Below are positions 1-14,077 of a DNA stretch of 64,000 nt, one piece after another; position 1 is the first letter of the stretch, and each line of letters starts with the position of its first letter. Both the position numbers and the translations under genes were made by a program. The notes below the pieces were generated by a model. That model was not told the DNA's origin. It searched no databases and saw only the letters and a program-made list of their open reading frames with translations. The stretch lies in contig OZ260663.1 of assembly GCA_965285935.1 (NCBI GenBank), positions 77,500,001 through 77,564,000 of the forward strand, in the 5' to 3' direction. This DNA comes from Ophelia neglecta. Taxonomy: Eukaryota.

Positions 1-715
1 TAGACAAAGAGGGGTCAGAAGACATAGGCATAATGTGTAGCATGCCAGCAATTTGCTGTAGAAAATACACATTTGAAGTTCTAGCGAAGGCATTCTTCAA
101 TTAATAATATCAAAATGAATTGAGCCCTTGACACACACATAACAGAGCTTGCTGACAATTATGATAGAAATGGGCGTTTTCTTTATCATGACTCTAACCA
201 AGATCTCTACGCCGGCCCACAGAATCCTACAGAGATTGCTATCTGTCCGCGCGAAACTGCTTTTCAAGGCCGCAAATGTGCAATTCACAACCATAGCCAA
301 TTTGAAGAGAATACACGGACTGCTCAAATTATTGAACCTCACTGCATCTACACCACTCTTGCATCAAAGTTGTAGAGAAAAACTAACTAGCAATCTGTCT
401 GTATTAGATTTGGTTAATAAACGGTTGTCACTTGGTCTGAAATCGAACGTGTGGTTGTGTAGGCCAACTTATAAGGCAGACAGAGGGGAGAACCGTTGTT
501 TCCACTGCATCCGGCATCTACTCCAGTGGTAAGGTTTTGTTTTTCCTGATCCTGATTGGTTAGGTTAAACCACTTTGGGTGACGAGGTCAACATGTCCCC
601 GACTTAAGAACACAATTTCCATATCATAAGTATTTATCATTAGGAAGGAAAATGGCAGAGAGGGGTCAAGCTAGGTTTTTATTGTGGCCAAAAACAAACA
701 ACAATTAACATGATG

Positions 716-801
716 ATTCAGCACAGTCGGTAGAGTCGCTTAGGCTAGGTGGTGCAGGGTAACGTGCGATTCTGGTTCGAATCTCAGCCAAGTAAAAAAA
801 A
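716..801 (+). mobile_element. tRNA-derived SINE head
   Basis: A-box-like AGCACAGTCGGTAGAG, B-box GGTTCGAATC (774-783) and a following A-run. No intact cloverleaf. Confidence 0.55.
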
Positions 802-1779
802 ACACACATTTCAATTAGCACTGAAATTAAATTGTGGATATGGATTTCCGTGGTATGTATTATGCAATGTACATACATATATTATATAGCATACACTATT
901 ATCAAGATTGACGCTATATTCACTTGTTTAAATCCCACTAAGAGATCTACATGGCCTGTAAAGATACTTGGATGATTGGGGAGGGAGAGGGTCGGGGTTG
1001 GTACTTGGCTGATTGACGGGGAAGGAGGGAGGTTGTTAGGGGGTTGTTAGGGCACTCTCGTTTGTACTTGTGACAAAAATAATGTCATGTTTACGACCGT
1101 TTGCACTCAGAAGAAAACATATCGCCTAGCACTAATCGGCCGAAATAAATATCGACCGACCAAGCGGACTTGCCAAGTAAACCAAGTAACGTTCGCCTTA
1201 TATTCCGTTAACTAAGTTATAAATTGGCTAATTATGTGAGTTTCAATATAGCCAGATGGCTTAAACATTACACTATCTTTGTTAAGATAGTCCACCATCT
1301 GTATAATGCTACCATAATTCAACCATCCGTTCAATGATACTATAAACAAAGGATCGATTTTCTGTGACATCAAATTATAATAAATTTATCGTATTTTCCC
1401 CATGCATCAACACTAGAATTAGTTCAAATTAAAGATATGCGTATAGTACAATCATTCTGGCAAACTTCACAGACGTTCAAGAGGCTAAACGTGTTAATGT
1501 ACCCATGCAGCGATTGGCAATTTAAGAAAGAAAGTTTTAAGCAACTCTCCCATGATTTATTGAGCCAATCACTCAAATATCATGCATAACGTAAAATTTT
1601 GTAGCCATGGCATGACAAACCAGCGATTCTTTACCATTTGAGAAGTATCCAATCATACCAGCTTGGAAACACGTCCTATATTTGGGACATAAAGGTGGCT
1701 GCCAACAAAACTGAAAATTCGCTCTCCTTCAGTCACCCAGATAAAAGTGATTCACTACCTTGTATTAACATAACTTCTA

Positions 1780-2360
1780 CTGACCGTTCAATTAAATTAG
1801 TATTCTGAACAGTTCTTATATGCATTATTTCTGCTTTATTTAAGTTCGAAGTTCCAAGAGGCGTTGCTTAAGGGAATTTGGGGTGTAGAGCTACATTATC
1901 AGTAAGGACCTTAACCACTCCTTCCAACTATTGGTCCATTCTATCTGAACGACCATCTTTGCCCCGGTTGGCATAAGCCACTAGGTAAAGCCCGGTCAAT
2001 AAAAAAACTTTAAACGGCTTTGAACCAGAAAGCGAACAATACTCGTATCGTGGAGCTGGTGACTGTGGTTTGGGGGTCTGCGGCTGGCAATTCCTCGCGA
2101 TGTCGGACCGATTCAATGGACTAATCTTAATTTATGACATAAATCCCATCACCGTAATTCATAATGGGTTCATACCAGTGTCATAAATTTTAGTATACGC
2201 GGCCAGCGTCTTTCATAGCTTTAAACTACGATGGAATACAACTTAGCTCTCCATTTTCAAGGTGATCAGTTCTGTAGTTAAATCGTTCAAATATGAGCTG
2301 GCCAATGTCGGAGACAAGTTGTCTCCTTGAGGAACACCATTGACTGTGTAATACAAGTTG
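1780..2360 (-). mobile_element. Highly decayed LINE RT fragment
   Basis: Minus strand gives NGVPQGDNLSPTLASSYLNDL (about 2341-2280), then YTKIYDTG..P..NYGDGI and LNKAEIMHIR. The motifs are broken by indels and the boundaries are approximate. Confidence 0.65.
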
Positions 2361-5300
2361 AACAATACTCCATACTGGGTTTTATATGTGAACGAGTATT
2401 TCAAAAAGGTAATTTTACATCTTTGTTCACATTTTCATCATTGTAATGATGCAGCAATTTATATAACAGGGGTCTGTTCACTCAATCGCTTGTTCTGGAG
2501 GAATGAAAGCCGAGAAAATACTTTTACAACATTTCATCGTGCCTGTTAATGAAAAAACAAGGTCATTACCGGGAATTTTGCGCCTGTATTCGTCTTGCTA
2601 ATACACAAATATGTCCAACATGTCACGGAGCATCAAACAAAACACAGATGTATATAGTTTTGAAACACATGACAACATATTTACACCGTTGGTTACTTGC
2701 ACATGACTTCCGTTTAGTGTTCGATGCATTTTATATAAGCAAATATGTAGTAAATGACAAGTACATGTATATATAGTCTGTAAAATACTAATATGACTTC
2801 CTTTTAGTAATCAATCTGTTTCATATTTTTGGAGTTCCGATGGCAGCAGTGATCAGGAAAGTCGAGACCTTATGGTATTATTTAACATGCCTATCAAGCA
2901 CCGTACAGCACATATTCAGTGCTAAAAAATATAATTTTCCTTGATTTGATCTTTAAAAAGAGGCCAAGGTCATAGTCAAAGTCACGATCAGATTCTTTGC
3001 GAAGGTTGTCAGGTATTACTGAACCATACATATTGTAAGCCTATACCTTGCAATCGCATCTTTTTTACATTTACCACGCTATATTTTGCACGACTCCGCT
3101 GGCCATTTCGCTATATAAGAATGTCTTAAAAGAATCCCAATCCTTAGCTTGCTTAATATATGCATACTTTCTAAACGTTCATCATAATCTATGAGATGAA
3201 ATATTTATATTCGCAAAGAACTTGATGAAAGACATGCCCGAAGTTCGTAATAGAAAAACTATACGAGGTTTGTCAGACGCTGTCATTATTAAAGCCGCCA
3301 TACGGCAACAGCACTCCGTATCTACGAACTAGCAAAACACGAATCTGTCATAGGCCTATATACAAAATTATGATTAAAGGTGATTACATCAGTGCACGCT
3401 ACTAGAAATTAGCAAACCCTGGTTGTCCTTTTGAAATTGACATCCCTGACCTGATTCACCTGTTAAATCATGGATTGCACAAAAGTGGAATGGGATTTAT
3501 TTTCTGTATCCCTCTCTACATGATGATTACCACAGCCCGGCTAGATGACTTCAGTAACTATGTGGGACATATAACTCTCTCTTTGCTTGTCTGGCCCTTT
3601 GGCACGCTATATAATATTAGCTAAATCCCTTCACCAAGATTCTTAAATTTTAATCATTGCATGGTACATGGGGTGATTCACATCTGGAGAGTGTAAGACC
3701 ATGATCCGAAAAAGCCTTAATAATTCCATGTCTCGCAAATGCCTTTTTATGCGTACACGGTATAGCTACACCAGGGTTGCATGTAATTTTACTATCATAG
3801 ATAAACTATTAGGCCTATTTGATATGGCCCAATTGGAGTTCTGGCAGATGGCAAATAGGAAAAGTTCTGCTTCCTATGTATGAAGCGGGCGATTTATCAT
3901 TCAAATAGGCAGCGACATACTTGTCTCTTTCTAAACACCCAAAGGTATTAGTGCCTGCAGCTTTAAGAAAAGGTCCAACAATTAATGGTCAATATTGGCC
4001 AGGTCGAATGACTAGCCATCACTCCTCACGCCAGACGACATTTACACCGCCTATCAATGGAAGACGCTGGCAGAAATTGCCCACGATATAAAAAAAAAGA
4101 TCTGGATTAAATATGTTGCTCGAAAAGCGGAATTGTGGTCTCCGGGCCCACTGGAGGAAGCGTCGACATAGCCTGTGGGACATTGTGACATTTGCAACGC
4201 GAGTGGCGGCATTAGGGATAGACCTTAACCTCATTACTGGGTCCAAGCGAGCCACAGTTATCTCAAACACAATTTGACCCGTCTTATGCTTGGTACACAA
4301 ACGATGTCCTCAAGAACGTCTTCGGTCAGAGACACGCTAGGACAAATAAGAGAAAAGCCAGACGCCGCCTTTTTATTATCAATATTCTAAAATTATGACA
4401 AATTAAATCCCCAGGAATAATTTAACGCCAGCCGTGCCCTTTCAAATTAAATCCAGTGTGTCCCAGTAGATGCTAATATAATCCAGATAGGCCTAGTATG
4501 ATCATACCCCAGGCCATGGGGTCCGTGACCTACTTTCACTTATAATCCGTCATTTATGTGGGTATACTAAAATCACTGGTTGTCAACTATATACGTATGA
4601 ATATCAAACGTAAAAAAGGACGACCGCGAATTGCGGCTGCATGCTGTAAGTCAAGATTTATGGGGTCAAGAAGGAATCGTCAGCTTCATTATTTTCGTAA
4701 GATATATGTCACTAGGCAATTTTGTATAGATCAGAATTATGTGACGGTTGGCTTAAACGATGGAGCTAGTAGTTCGTTTATGGCCCTATGAGTGTGCTAG
4801 GGCCGGCAGCAAATCTCGGCTTTTCTACATGTGATTTTAATACGTAGGTATATAGGCCTAGTACCCTATCAGAGAATATCATGTAAAAGGTCGACAGAAA
4901 CGCCAACGAGCTGTCGTGTGGTGCATTAGCCGCAGGCCTATTTATTCTGTGAACTATTGACATTTCATATGGAAAGAGTGTTTAAATAACTTTATTCGTT
5001 CGTACGATGATTATTTAAAGATTTAGCTATTAAATAAGATAAATCAATCGCCGGATAATCACTTTCAGTTATAGCTATAAACGAATCTTCTACTATTCCA
5101 CCATCCTTAGCAACTAACTTAAACATTCAGTGCTGGTGACCTACCTACACTGTGTCTACTTCTATTAACCCCGAGTGCCACCTAAGTGCAAAGGACGCTG
5201 CTCTTCAATCCCCGACCTATTACTTGGTTATCCCCTAGACCCTGAGCAGTGGACGATTGACAAGAAATGTCTTACTTGGATGTGATGGCTTCCAAATCCC

Positions 5301-5396
5301 GGATTTAGCGGGGAAAGCAGATTGCTGGGAGAGGTGGATAGCGAATGCTCCGTTGGTGTTATCACAGTATGCCCTGACTGTGCGGTTATAAAATAC

Positions 5397-5618
5397 GAAC
5401 CATATGATATCCGGGGGGGGGGGGGGGGGGGGCGGAAGGTGAGGGGTAAAGGTAAAATAATGCGAAAAATTTCACACCTTAAAGTCTCTATCTTCACTTT
5501 TGTAAAAAAAGATGAGGAAGCAAGCTTTTTGAAAAAAGCAAAACTTAATTTAAATCCAAACAGTGGCTTCTACTACTACTATGCCCCCCCTCTCTCTCCG
5601 TTGGATATCAAACGGCCC
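5397..5618. mobile_element. Poly-G/poly-C-flanked MITE (PIF/Harbinger-like)
   Basis: Imperfect TIRs GAACCATATGATATCC / GGATATCAAACGGCCC, with G20 just inside the left TIR, a C7 run near the right TIR and an AT-rich core. Confidence 0.55.
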
Positions 5619-5746
5619 TTGAAGCCACACGGGATTTGTCTCTTGACAGAATCATTCCCAGTGGTTCCGCCCACATTTCTGATGTGATTTATTCGTTCAA
5701 AAAAGTCACATACCATAAACTGAATGTATGCCACGTGAATCTATTC

Positions 5747-6840
5747 TAGGCTGGGGGAGTGGGGGGGGGGGCAACATAGACATCATACTGTATTTATTGT
5801 GTGTATATATACATATGAGAGAGCGTCAATCATGACAGAAACCGTTTTCTTTCCTATCATACCACAATTTCCCCCCAGTCTGGGATAGATTCAAGCGCGC
5901 CTGGGACCTCCCTCTTAAAGCGTGTCTCTCTTTGGCCAGTTACTAAGTGGCCGGAGTGCAGCCCGTAGAAGTCAACTTCACGGGGCTCAGGGCGACACGT
6001 ATTCCTCCAAGTTGGCAAGGTTCCAGTGAAATTAGGAGCACCACCAATACCTTTTGATCAGATTGGCAGAGAGACAGTTTAGTAAATTAGTCAAGTCCCA
6101 GGAGGAGGGCTGACTCTCGACTACTACTACTGTGACAGGGTGATCCTGCAGCCTCTGCTAGTCTCTGGCTATCACGTGTTGTCACGAGAGCTACGGCGGT
6201 CAAATCGCTGACCAATTTGAGAATTTCGTATCCGTTAGCAAAATTGGCTTGCTCACCTGCATGTCAACCAATAGGCTGGGGGAGTGGGGGGGGGGGGGGC
6301 AACATAGACATCATACTGTATTTATTGTGTATATATATACATATGAGAGAGCGTCAATCATGACAGAAACCGTTTTCTTTCCTATCATACCACAATTTCC
6401 CCCCAGTCTGGGATAGATTCAAGCGCGCCTGGGACCTCCCTCTCAAAGCGTGTTTCTCTTTGGCCAGTTACTAAGTGGCCGGAGTGCAGCCCGAAGAAGT
6501 CAACTTCAAAGGGCTCAGGGCGAAACGTATTCCTCCAAGTTGGCAAGGTTCCAGTGAAATTGGGAGCACCACCAATAACAGTTCTATTGTTTGTCAATTC
6601 TTACTAACAGGGTGATGTCGAAGTGACCTTTTGATCAGATTGGCAGAGAGACAGTTTAGTAAAGTCCCAGGAGGAGGGCTGACTCTCGACTACTACTACT
6701 GTGACAGGGTGATCCTGCAGCCTCTGCTAGTCTCTGGCTATCACGTGTTGTCACGAGAGCTACGGCGGTCAAATCGCTGACCAATTTGAGAATTTCGTAT
6801 CCGTTAGCAAAATTGGCTTGCTCACCTGCATGTCAACCAA
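5747..6840. repeat. Direct tandem duplication (5747-6271 and 6272-6840)
   Basis: Two near-identical head-to-tail copies from TAGGCTGGGGGAGT to ATGTCAACCAA. They differ by a few SNPs, an approximately 49-bp indel and small indels. Confidence 0.95.
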
Positions 6841-8138
6841 AATACAAATACCTGGACGAAACGAGATTTATAAATAATATATTACTAGAACCTGCTAAAT
6901 GATCTAGGCGTCATTCATTTTTCTTTAATTGCTCCAATTGCTTTCAAACACGAGCTTTAATTGAAGGGTGTGATAATTCACCACAATGACTCGTAGTCTA
7001 AGTACCGGTTATTTTCACATGTACCATCACCATTGTATTTGTAACTGGTGTTTAATTCAGTCTCGCCTGTCAAAAGCGACAATATTTATGAATTGCTCTA
7101 ACACTTCCGTTGCATGACAAGGCGTGGTATAGGCTCAGTTGTGAATTGGAAGTCAGTGGCACTGGCGCGACCAGACTTACCGAGACAGTGTCTTTTTATA
7201 TAGGCAGCCAAGATATTTAAGCATGATATTATTGCTTTCGACTACAATCTTCTACAGGCCTAGCTATTATATGTACCGCGGTGCTTTCATAAGAATATCT
7301 ATTTTTCTGACACACCTACCGGTCTTATCACTCCAAAAGTATTCAGTGCATATAAAACAGGATATGAATATTTGAATAAACTCTTTCAACAAGACTTTTT
7401 GTCTCCAAAGAATAGTCTGCTGATCTGATAGTTCCAGGAAGAGGTTGACTAAAACTGTCTAAGATTTGACTTCTCGTGCATGATAAAGTGTTTATGAATA
7501 TATCAGTTCTGAAAAGTAAAACGAGACACAAGGAGAGACCATGCAAATTGTGCTTTGTGAAGGATATACAAGGTTATTGTTAATATTCGGCATGCAACTT
7601 AAATGTAATTTAAAGGGGTTAAATCTACCTAAAGCTCGGTGCAGGTAATCAAAAAGGATTGTAGCGAAAAAAGGGGATTGACTAGCTACGACTAGTTTAC
7701 ATTGTAATAACAAACATACCTTCATCACTCCCGATTTCAAAATCTTTTTTTCCAACTAGGTAAGCATGGTGGAAGGCATAGAAAAAGTCCAGGTTGATAG
7801 TGAAAGGAGTTCATGATACTGGACGGGGTAAACAAACCACTACCTGGATGTTAATAACTCACTAACCCAGCTCCAGGATAATAATATCGTACGCTGGTAT
7901 ATTGGGCCAAAGAAAAAATATCGTTATGGATAGGCTTGCATGATATGACAGAAAAGATGCGAAAACTCATACTTACAATTATAATTATTGGTTTTGTTGA
8001 GCTCTGAAAAACAAAAACGAGAATATGAATTTATGATCATAGACTCTTTAGTGGGGCCTAATATTTCGTTGAAGCATAACATGTTCGTTTGATTTAGGAC
8101 AGTTGCATTTATAAAATGAACTATGAAAAAAAGTGTAC

Positions 8139-8399
8139 CTGATATATGTGGTTTATAAAAATCGTACACCGCCCTGAAGCCTTTGTATTCAATGGAGTCG
8201 TCTGATTGAAACCGAACCCACAGGAATCTAGAGGAGGATTCCATCAGGGGAGGATGTCGTTTGCCGCAATATTTCCCTAGCAGTGGAGAGTAGCCAAACG
8301 GCCCGTCTCGAAACTCAAGGAAGTCATACCTACAGTCTTCGCTTTTCTCTATATGAAAGTCTTCCCGGAAGTCGAGACGAATCCGGTAGCCTTTTGGCG
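8139..8399 (-). CDS. Neto: Neto coding exon 3 (C-terminal part of CUB1: APKGYRIRLDFREDFHIEKSEDCRYDFLEFRDGPFGYSPLLGKYCGKRHPPLMESSSRFLWVRFQSDDSIEYKGFRAVYDFYKPHIS)
   Basis: Acceptor ttttcttttcag|, donor CAG|gtacac, 261 nt, phase 1-1. The motif CRYDFLEFRDGPFGYSPLLGKYCG...RFLWVRFQSDDSIEYKGF closely resembles, from memory, NETO1/NETO2/Drosophila Neto CUB1 (RDGPFGFSP motif). Confidence 0.95.
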
Positions 8400-11300
8400 C
8401 TGAAAAGAAAATATCTATAGCTACAGTCCAAAGCAACATTTTCTAAAAACAAAGTTTTATCGTAATAAAACAGCATAGCTTGAGTTTAATAGTATATAGG
8501 GGATATCCACGAATATTTGTTTTCATTACGCATGCGTGACCCAATTGCCCTGTAGTCAATTGCGTCACTGCCACAGCCTTGGTAGGTGTAGTAACTGCAG
8601 CGGACAATTCACCACATGAAAGCATACACAGTGCGGACAATGAGGGATGCCATGTTATTTTGAAGTTTAGTTGAAAGATTAATTTTTCCAATATCGCAGA
8701 CGATAAACATATAAAAGGCCACTACCTGTAATACACTTACTACTCTATTTTATTTTCTTTGTTGACATGTATTCCTAGTAGCTTGTAGAAAACGTCTCTT
8801 TCAAACACAACTTAAATGGGCGATCTTTGTGCGTAACAAAACCAAAGAAACAAAGTCGACTCGTATAATAGCCAGCAGCCACATGTAGTGTGCCATGCTA
8901 GTCGGGTATTATTTTTAGCTAAATTTAGCTATAGAACATGACCTTGGATAACGCAGTTTGAAACATCCGGTATGCAAAACGTATGGTTGTCACATTCCGG
9001 GACAAAGCATATAGTGCCTCTGATTTTCAGCAATTATTTCGCCGAGAACCTAGACAAATGAGGGTGACCGTACGAGTAAATGTAAATACAACTGTCGTGC
9101 CTACCAAATAGCCCAGCATGCAGCGTGGTCCGTTTATCGCCAGAGGGCGCTTACACAAAAATTTTTTTTGCATATCCCCTATTTAAATGCTGTTTTCAGA
9201 GATGAAAATTCTATAACTCAAAACTGAACGTATTAACTTTTCTTAGAAGATTTTATTTCACCATATTTTCCTAGATTTTTCAAGATACATACCAATTAAC
9301 CACTGTGATATTAAGCTTTTTGAATAACGAAGGTGACAATTTGAAATATAAATATGCAAGCTTACCAAAGCATTTTCAAGCCGGTATATTACAAATTCAG
9401 GCACGACATTCTTTTTCATTTCGTCTCAAAGAGGACATAATTTGAAACTATATGGCTTATTAAGTATATGCTCTAAAATCTGAATACAGAATACATATCT
9501 TTTAAATATTTTCGAATAAAATTCATAGAATAAGGTTCGACAAAAATTTGAAAATCACGATTCTTTCCCGCACACCACTAGTCATGGTCAACACAGATTG
9601 GTTCAGACGCCCAGACTGAGGAGAATGACATCTATCTGCCACAGGGTGCTAATGTTCCATGGAAAGAATATATTGATATTTTGAAATATCATGATGAATA
9701 GAAATGACAATAAGCGTGATATTCGAAGTCGTTCGACATGGAGTATGTATAACATTACCACTATTGGAACTTCAAAAACATGAAAAAACGGATATTATTA
9801 AAAAAGAATGATGTTAAACTCTCAATTTTTCAAATTTAGGATTTTTTAGATTAAATCTAATTATCATTAGCCTTGACATAAATGGAAAGCTTACTTCTAA
9901 AGTGTGAGTTATAAAGAATCATTGATCAACATATCTAGAAAAAAGTCAATTTATCAAAAGGATTAATAACTTGCAAAATGCAACAGGTTCTTAACTTTAA
10001 TATATATCATAGTGGCCTGATGCAGGATGGTAGCCGAAGTGAGGTTTATTTAGCCCATTGCCAGATGGGTTTGCGACATATTTCCTAATACATGTAGGCC
10101 TACATTACATTTTAACATAGCTTGCCACTCCCTCTTAACATTGTGACGACGATACCACTGTGGTGCAGGGTCAATGCGGCCATCGGTATTATTGTGAGGC
10201 CAGGGCAATGCAGTATAGACATTGCTCTGGCCGCACAATACAACCGATCGCCGCATCAACCGCTAACAACAATTTATACATTAAAGTTTAAAGCCTATAG
10301 GTAGCCACTAGACAGACAGCTGGGTTATGTTTTCAACCTGTTTCATATGTCACTGACATCGGCTGTTACATGGCCGAGGGTGATTCTGTACATCTGTTCT
10401 TTCTCTTGTGGCATAGGAATGTCAAAGGGTGAGTGCCATTTGGCCATGAGTACAGTTCACGCACTTTCAATGTTAGTAAATGTTTAGTTTTGTGCGGTCT
10501 AACGGGGGTGGCGTAACGGAGAAAACAAGGACACTTTAAACAATCAAGATAACATACACGTTGTATAAATTGTCCTCTTAAATTCCAATATGAATGATTA
10601 ATTGTTCAGAACACAACCTTTACATATTATGGTTAACTGTCCACTGCCTGTCCAGCCAATATTTTGTTGCACAATATTTTTGAAAAATATATATAGGGCA
10701 ACTGGAGGATGAGATTTTCACAGTCTTATCACGTAGGCTGAATGACAGAGGTTTGGGAACATTTTCTTAATCCCCTTCGTTTCTTTGCAGGTCCACGAAA
10801 CCCCGGTAGCTATTTTCCCGGCGACACGTGGCTGCGTGGAGGAAGCAAGTGCCTGCACCAGCCCAGTGCGGCGGCAGGGTTTCTTGAGCCAGTGAGGACA
10901 GCCCCTATTAGCCCTTCCTTGACCTGCTGGTCAGCTGAGCGGAAGGGAAGATCACGGGGTCTGCGGCGTGGCGGCGGCGGCGGGCCGCCTCTCAGTAATA
11001 CGCGCCTGCCGCCAGGGAGCAGCCAGGCATTCAACTTTGGATTAATGTATGGGGAATAGTGTATTACGGTCTTGCAGCTCGTACAATATTCTATTCACAT
11101 GGGAATGAATGGCCGTTTACACAAACGATGACTACCATGGGAGCTAGATCGTCTGATTATACCGCTGTAGTGGCGGTATTCGGACGTCGTGAGTCCCAAA
11201 CGGAGACTAGATCTACCACTCGTAAAACCAATGGCAGGAGCAGCCAAACACCCAAGGGACGCCACGGCAATACACCATTGTTGTCTGAGTTATAAGTAAA

Positions 11301-13912
11301 CATAAAAAGTTTCTTTTGTCAGATTATCCAATTGAACGACGCACTGGAAGCTTTTTTTTATTGTGTATAGAACGAATTTGCCTGATTACTCCGGAACAGA
11401 TGACATCTAAAGCATTTTCATTTACACTTGACAAAAACACAGTCAATGACGGTTAATCTGAAGAATCGATACATACACATCATTCAAGTACCGCAAATTG
11501 ATCCATTGTTAATATACAAACTACCAATTTGGCCCTGGCACAATGTATGAAATAACGCCGAGAGCTTTAAAAAGCAGACAGGGCCTATCACATGACATAG
11601 GCCCATGCCGTTATTACACAACGCTCGGCCAATACATAATTCAGAGATTTGGTGTCGTATTTGGTTCCTTGACATTGAGGAGTAGCAATTTGATGGCGCG
11701 CCACGCACGTTACGTTTCTCATATTAACGCGCCGAAAAAAAACATGTTCGAGCATTATCTAACCATTTACATGCCGCTATAAAGGACCGACAGAACATGA
11801 ATAATTAATATATCCCAAGCCTTTACTATAATAAATAGGTTCTGGTTCTGATAACATCTCTGTTATGGCAATTTTATAGCATAATTGACACCCCGAGCAC
11901 TTATTCCCGACAACATAGGCCTAATAGTTAAAATGACATAGATTTTTAAAATTCAACATTCCCTGGCGAATCATGTAAAACCTACCAAACAGCCGGTAAA
12001 AATATAACTTGACGGCAAAGAAGGGGAATTTGTTCCTTCAATTGACAGTTAGACATCCGTCGAAGGGGCTGATATAGGACGCAAAGCGTCGAATGTGTGA
12101 CGACAGTGATTGGATAATGCACAGTCGACGTCATTGGGATATTTCCGGTACCCTTGGGATGCATTGCCAATTCGGTGTCTGTTGCTCAGATCTGGTTACC
12201 TTCTTTTCGTTTCCTCGACCGAGCGATAAGGTCTTTGGTTTTATGTCTAGAGCTCAACTACCTCCCTTTCTAGTACTCCTTGTGTGTCAGAGGTTTGTTT
12301 TCAGACATGCCCTCCCCTCTTGTCTGATAGAGACCCAGATAGTAACCAGTTGTTCTGGCAGAAGGGATCGATCGCATAGACCACCAGCACTTATTTGTGC
12401 AGACAGAATAAACAAAGCGTTCTTCTTTTGCAATGACATCATAACAAACAACAGGTGTTGGCTTAAATGCCAATCTGTGTCCCTCAGCTGGAATCAATAC
12501 TCATAAAGAAACTGTCTACTTTACATAATCCTGTTCTTTAGAGGGATTAGTCCGTGATAAATACACTGACTGGATGGCAAAGGTCTAAAGTGCTGTTAAA
12601 CCTGCCAACTCTCTACATTTTAATGTGAGAAGTCTGCCGTCAATAGAACAAACCAACTTCCTTCCATTGTAGGCTGATGTGCGATGCAGCGATCAGTTCG
12701 TCGTGCTTTCAAGGCACATCGCTGATTACCCGCTATTTGCTATCCGGATGAAATAATCTAATTCTCCGGCAATCGCTTGCAGGCTTTGACAGATAGGTTA
12801 AGACTGCCTTTGTTTGAAGTCGACCAGACTTCGGAGCGCCACATTTGTTGCAACTTGAGATCGTAAAGAATCAAAGCCATTCTCCTACATGGCATTGATC
12901 GGGATGGGTCTTATTTTCATTCTCTCCACTACAGCATATCAGTTGTGCCGAATGGTAATTACTGGTCGAATCGCTATCTCAAGGTCATAAAATCAATAAG
13001 AGAAATCGTGCAGATCAAGCAGTGACGATTGCTCGACAGACAGTTGAATGGGGTCATTTGCATGAAACGGTGAATGGGTTGCAGGTTTTCCGGTAGAGGA
13101 TGTTTCAATTGATAAGATTCAGATATCAGTTAAATTGATTAATGAGCCTTCCCACATTGCGGGGGAAGCCTAAAACAATACGGAAACGCCCAACAAGGTT
13201 CGCACTGATCTAGAGGTGAAGGCATGCATATACAAAGGTACATCTGTGGCCATACACGGCGACGCAACAAATAAAGGCAGAAGCGATGCTCCAATACTTT
13301 GATTGGTTTAAATACGATCCCTAAAACGGCATTGAATGTATTATGGGTGGCCGGAGCGAGCCGCCATAGACCCTCTACACCCGAGGTTACATGACATAAT
13401 CGGTTCTCTTCTTCGGGTGGTGGTTTACTAGCAGATCCATGTAGGCTAGAATTCCCAGTTCTGATTTATAAGAGGCTTTCTCCGGTTTGGCCAAATAAAA
13501 CCAATGTTTTCTGATTTACAGCGGCTCAAATGCATTAATCTAGATGTCCGAGACAAACGAAAAGGAAACAAAGCCAGATGACCTTATATCCTCGTTTATC
13601 AGGATTGGGGTGTTCACGTGACAGTGAGCAATGTACATAACCACTCAAAAAACAGAATAACAGAATAAGGAATAAGCTGGGAGAGAGCTTGTCACCATCG
13701 GCGGGAACAGCCAACCAATACAACAAGCACACTTTGCCGCGGGGTTATTCCAGCAGTTCCGGAAAATTTATTTGGGCTTTTAAAGGGATGATTTGAAAAA
13801 CTATAGTAAACTCCAATTGCAGCGAACGAAATTACTCCGCTATAAAACCCAAACACTGAAACTGGATTTACTGAGCTAATCGTTAGCGGTTTATCATCTG
13901 AAATAGACTTAC

Positions 13913-14077
13913 CGACCAAAAGTTGTATACACTCTGTTTTATTGGGGTAGTGCCCGGGATATTGCGGACTGTAAAACTCTCGATGTCGCCAGTCTCCGAT
14001 GGTAAAGTTCCTACAGTGTAGTGGTACGTAGTCACCCGCTACAGGATGCTGGTCCTGAATCACAGCTACATCATCGC
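13913..14077 (-). CDS. Neto: Neto coding exon 2 (linker + N-terminal part of CUB1: DDVAVIQDQHPVAGDYVPLHCRNFTIGDWRHREFYSPQYPGHYPNKTECIQLLV)
   Basis: Acceptor tttttttccgcag|, donor G|gtaagt, 165 nt, phase 1-1. It encodes the CUB signature C...F-x-SP-x-YP-xx-YP-xxxx-C and splices in frame to the 8399 exon. Confidence 0.92.

Noticed and set aside
1-55. Next Neto exon after the strong minus-strand acceptor at 56-70
   Set aside because: The phase-1 frame stops after about 13 codons and no frame resembles CUB2.
716-801. Functional tRNA gene
   Set aside because: A and B boxes are present but there is no acceptor stem or anticodon arm, so it is treated as a SINE head.
7924-8439. Full 171-aa ORF as a single-exon CUB protein
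   Set aside because: Only 8399-8139 is CUB-like and it is bounded by splice sites. The flanks are intronic read-through. The same applies to ORF 13692-14114.
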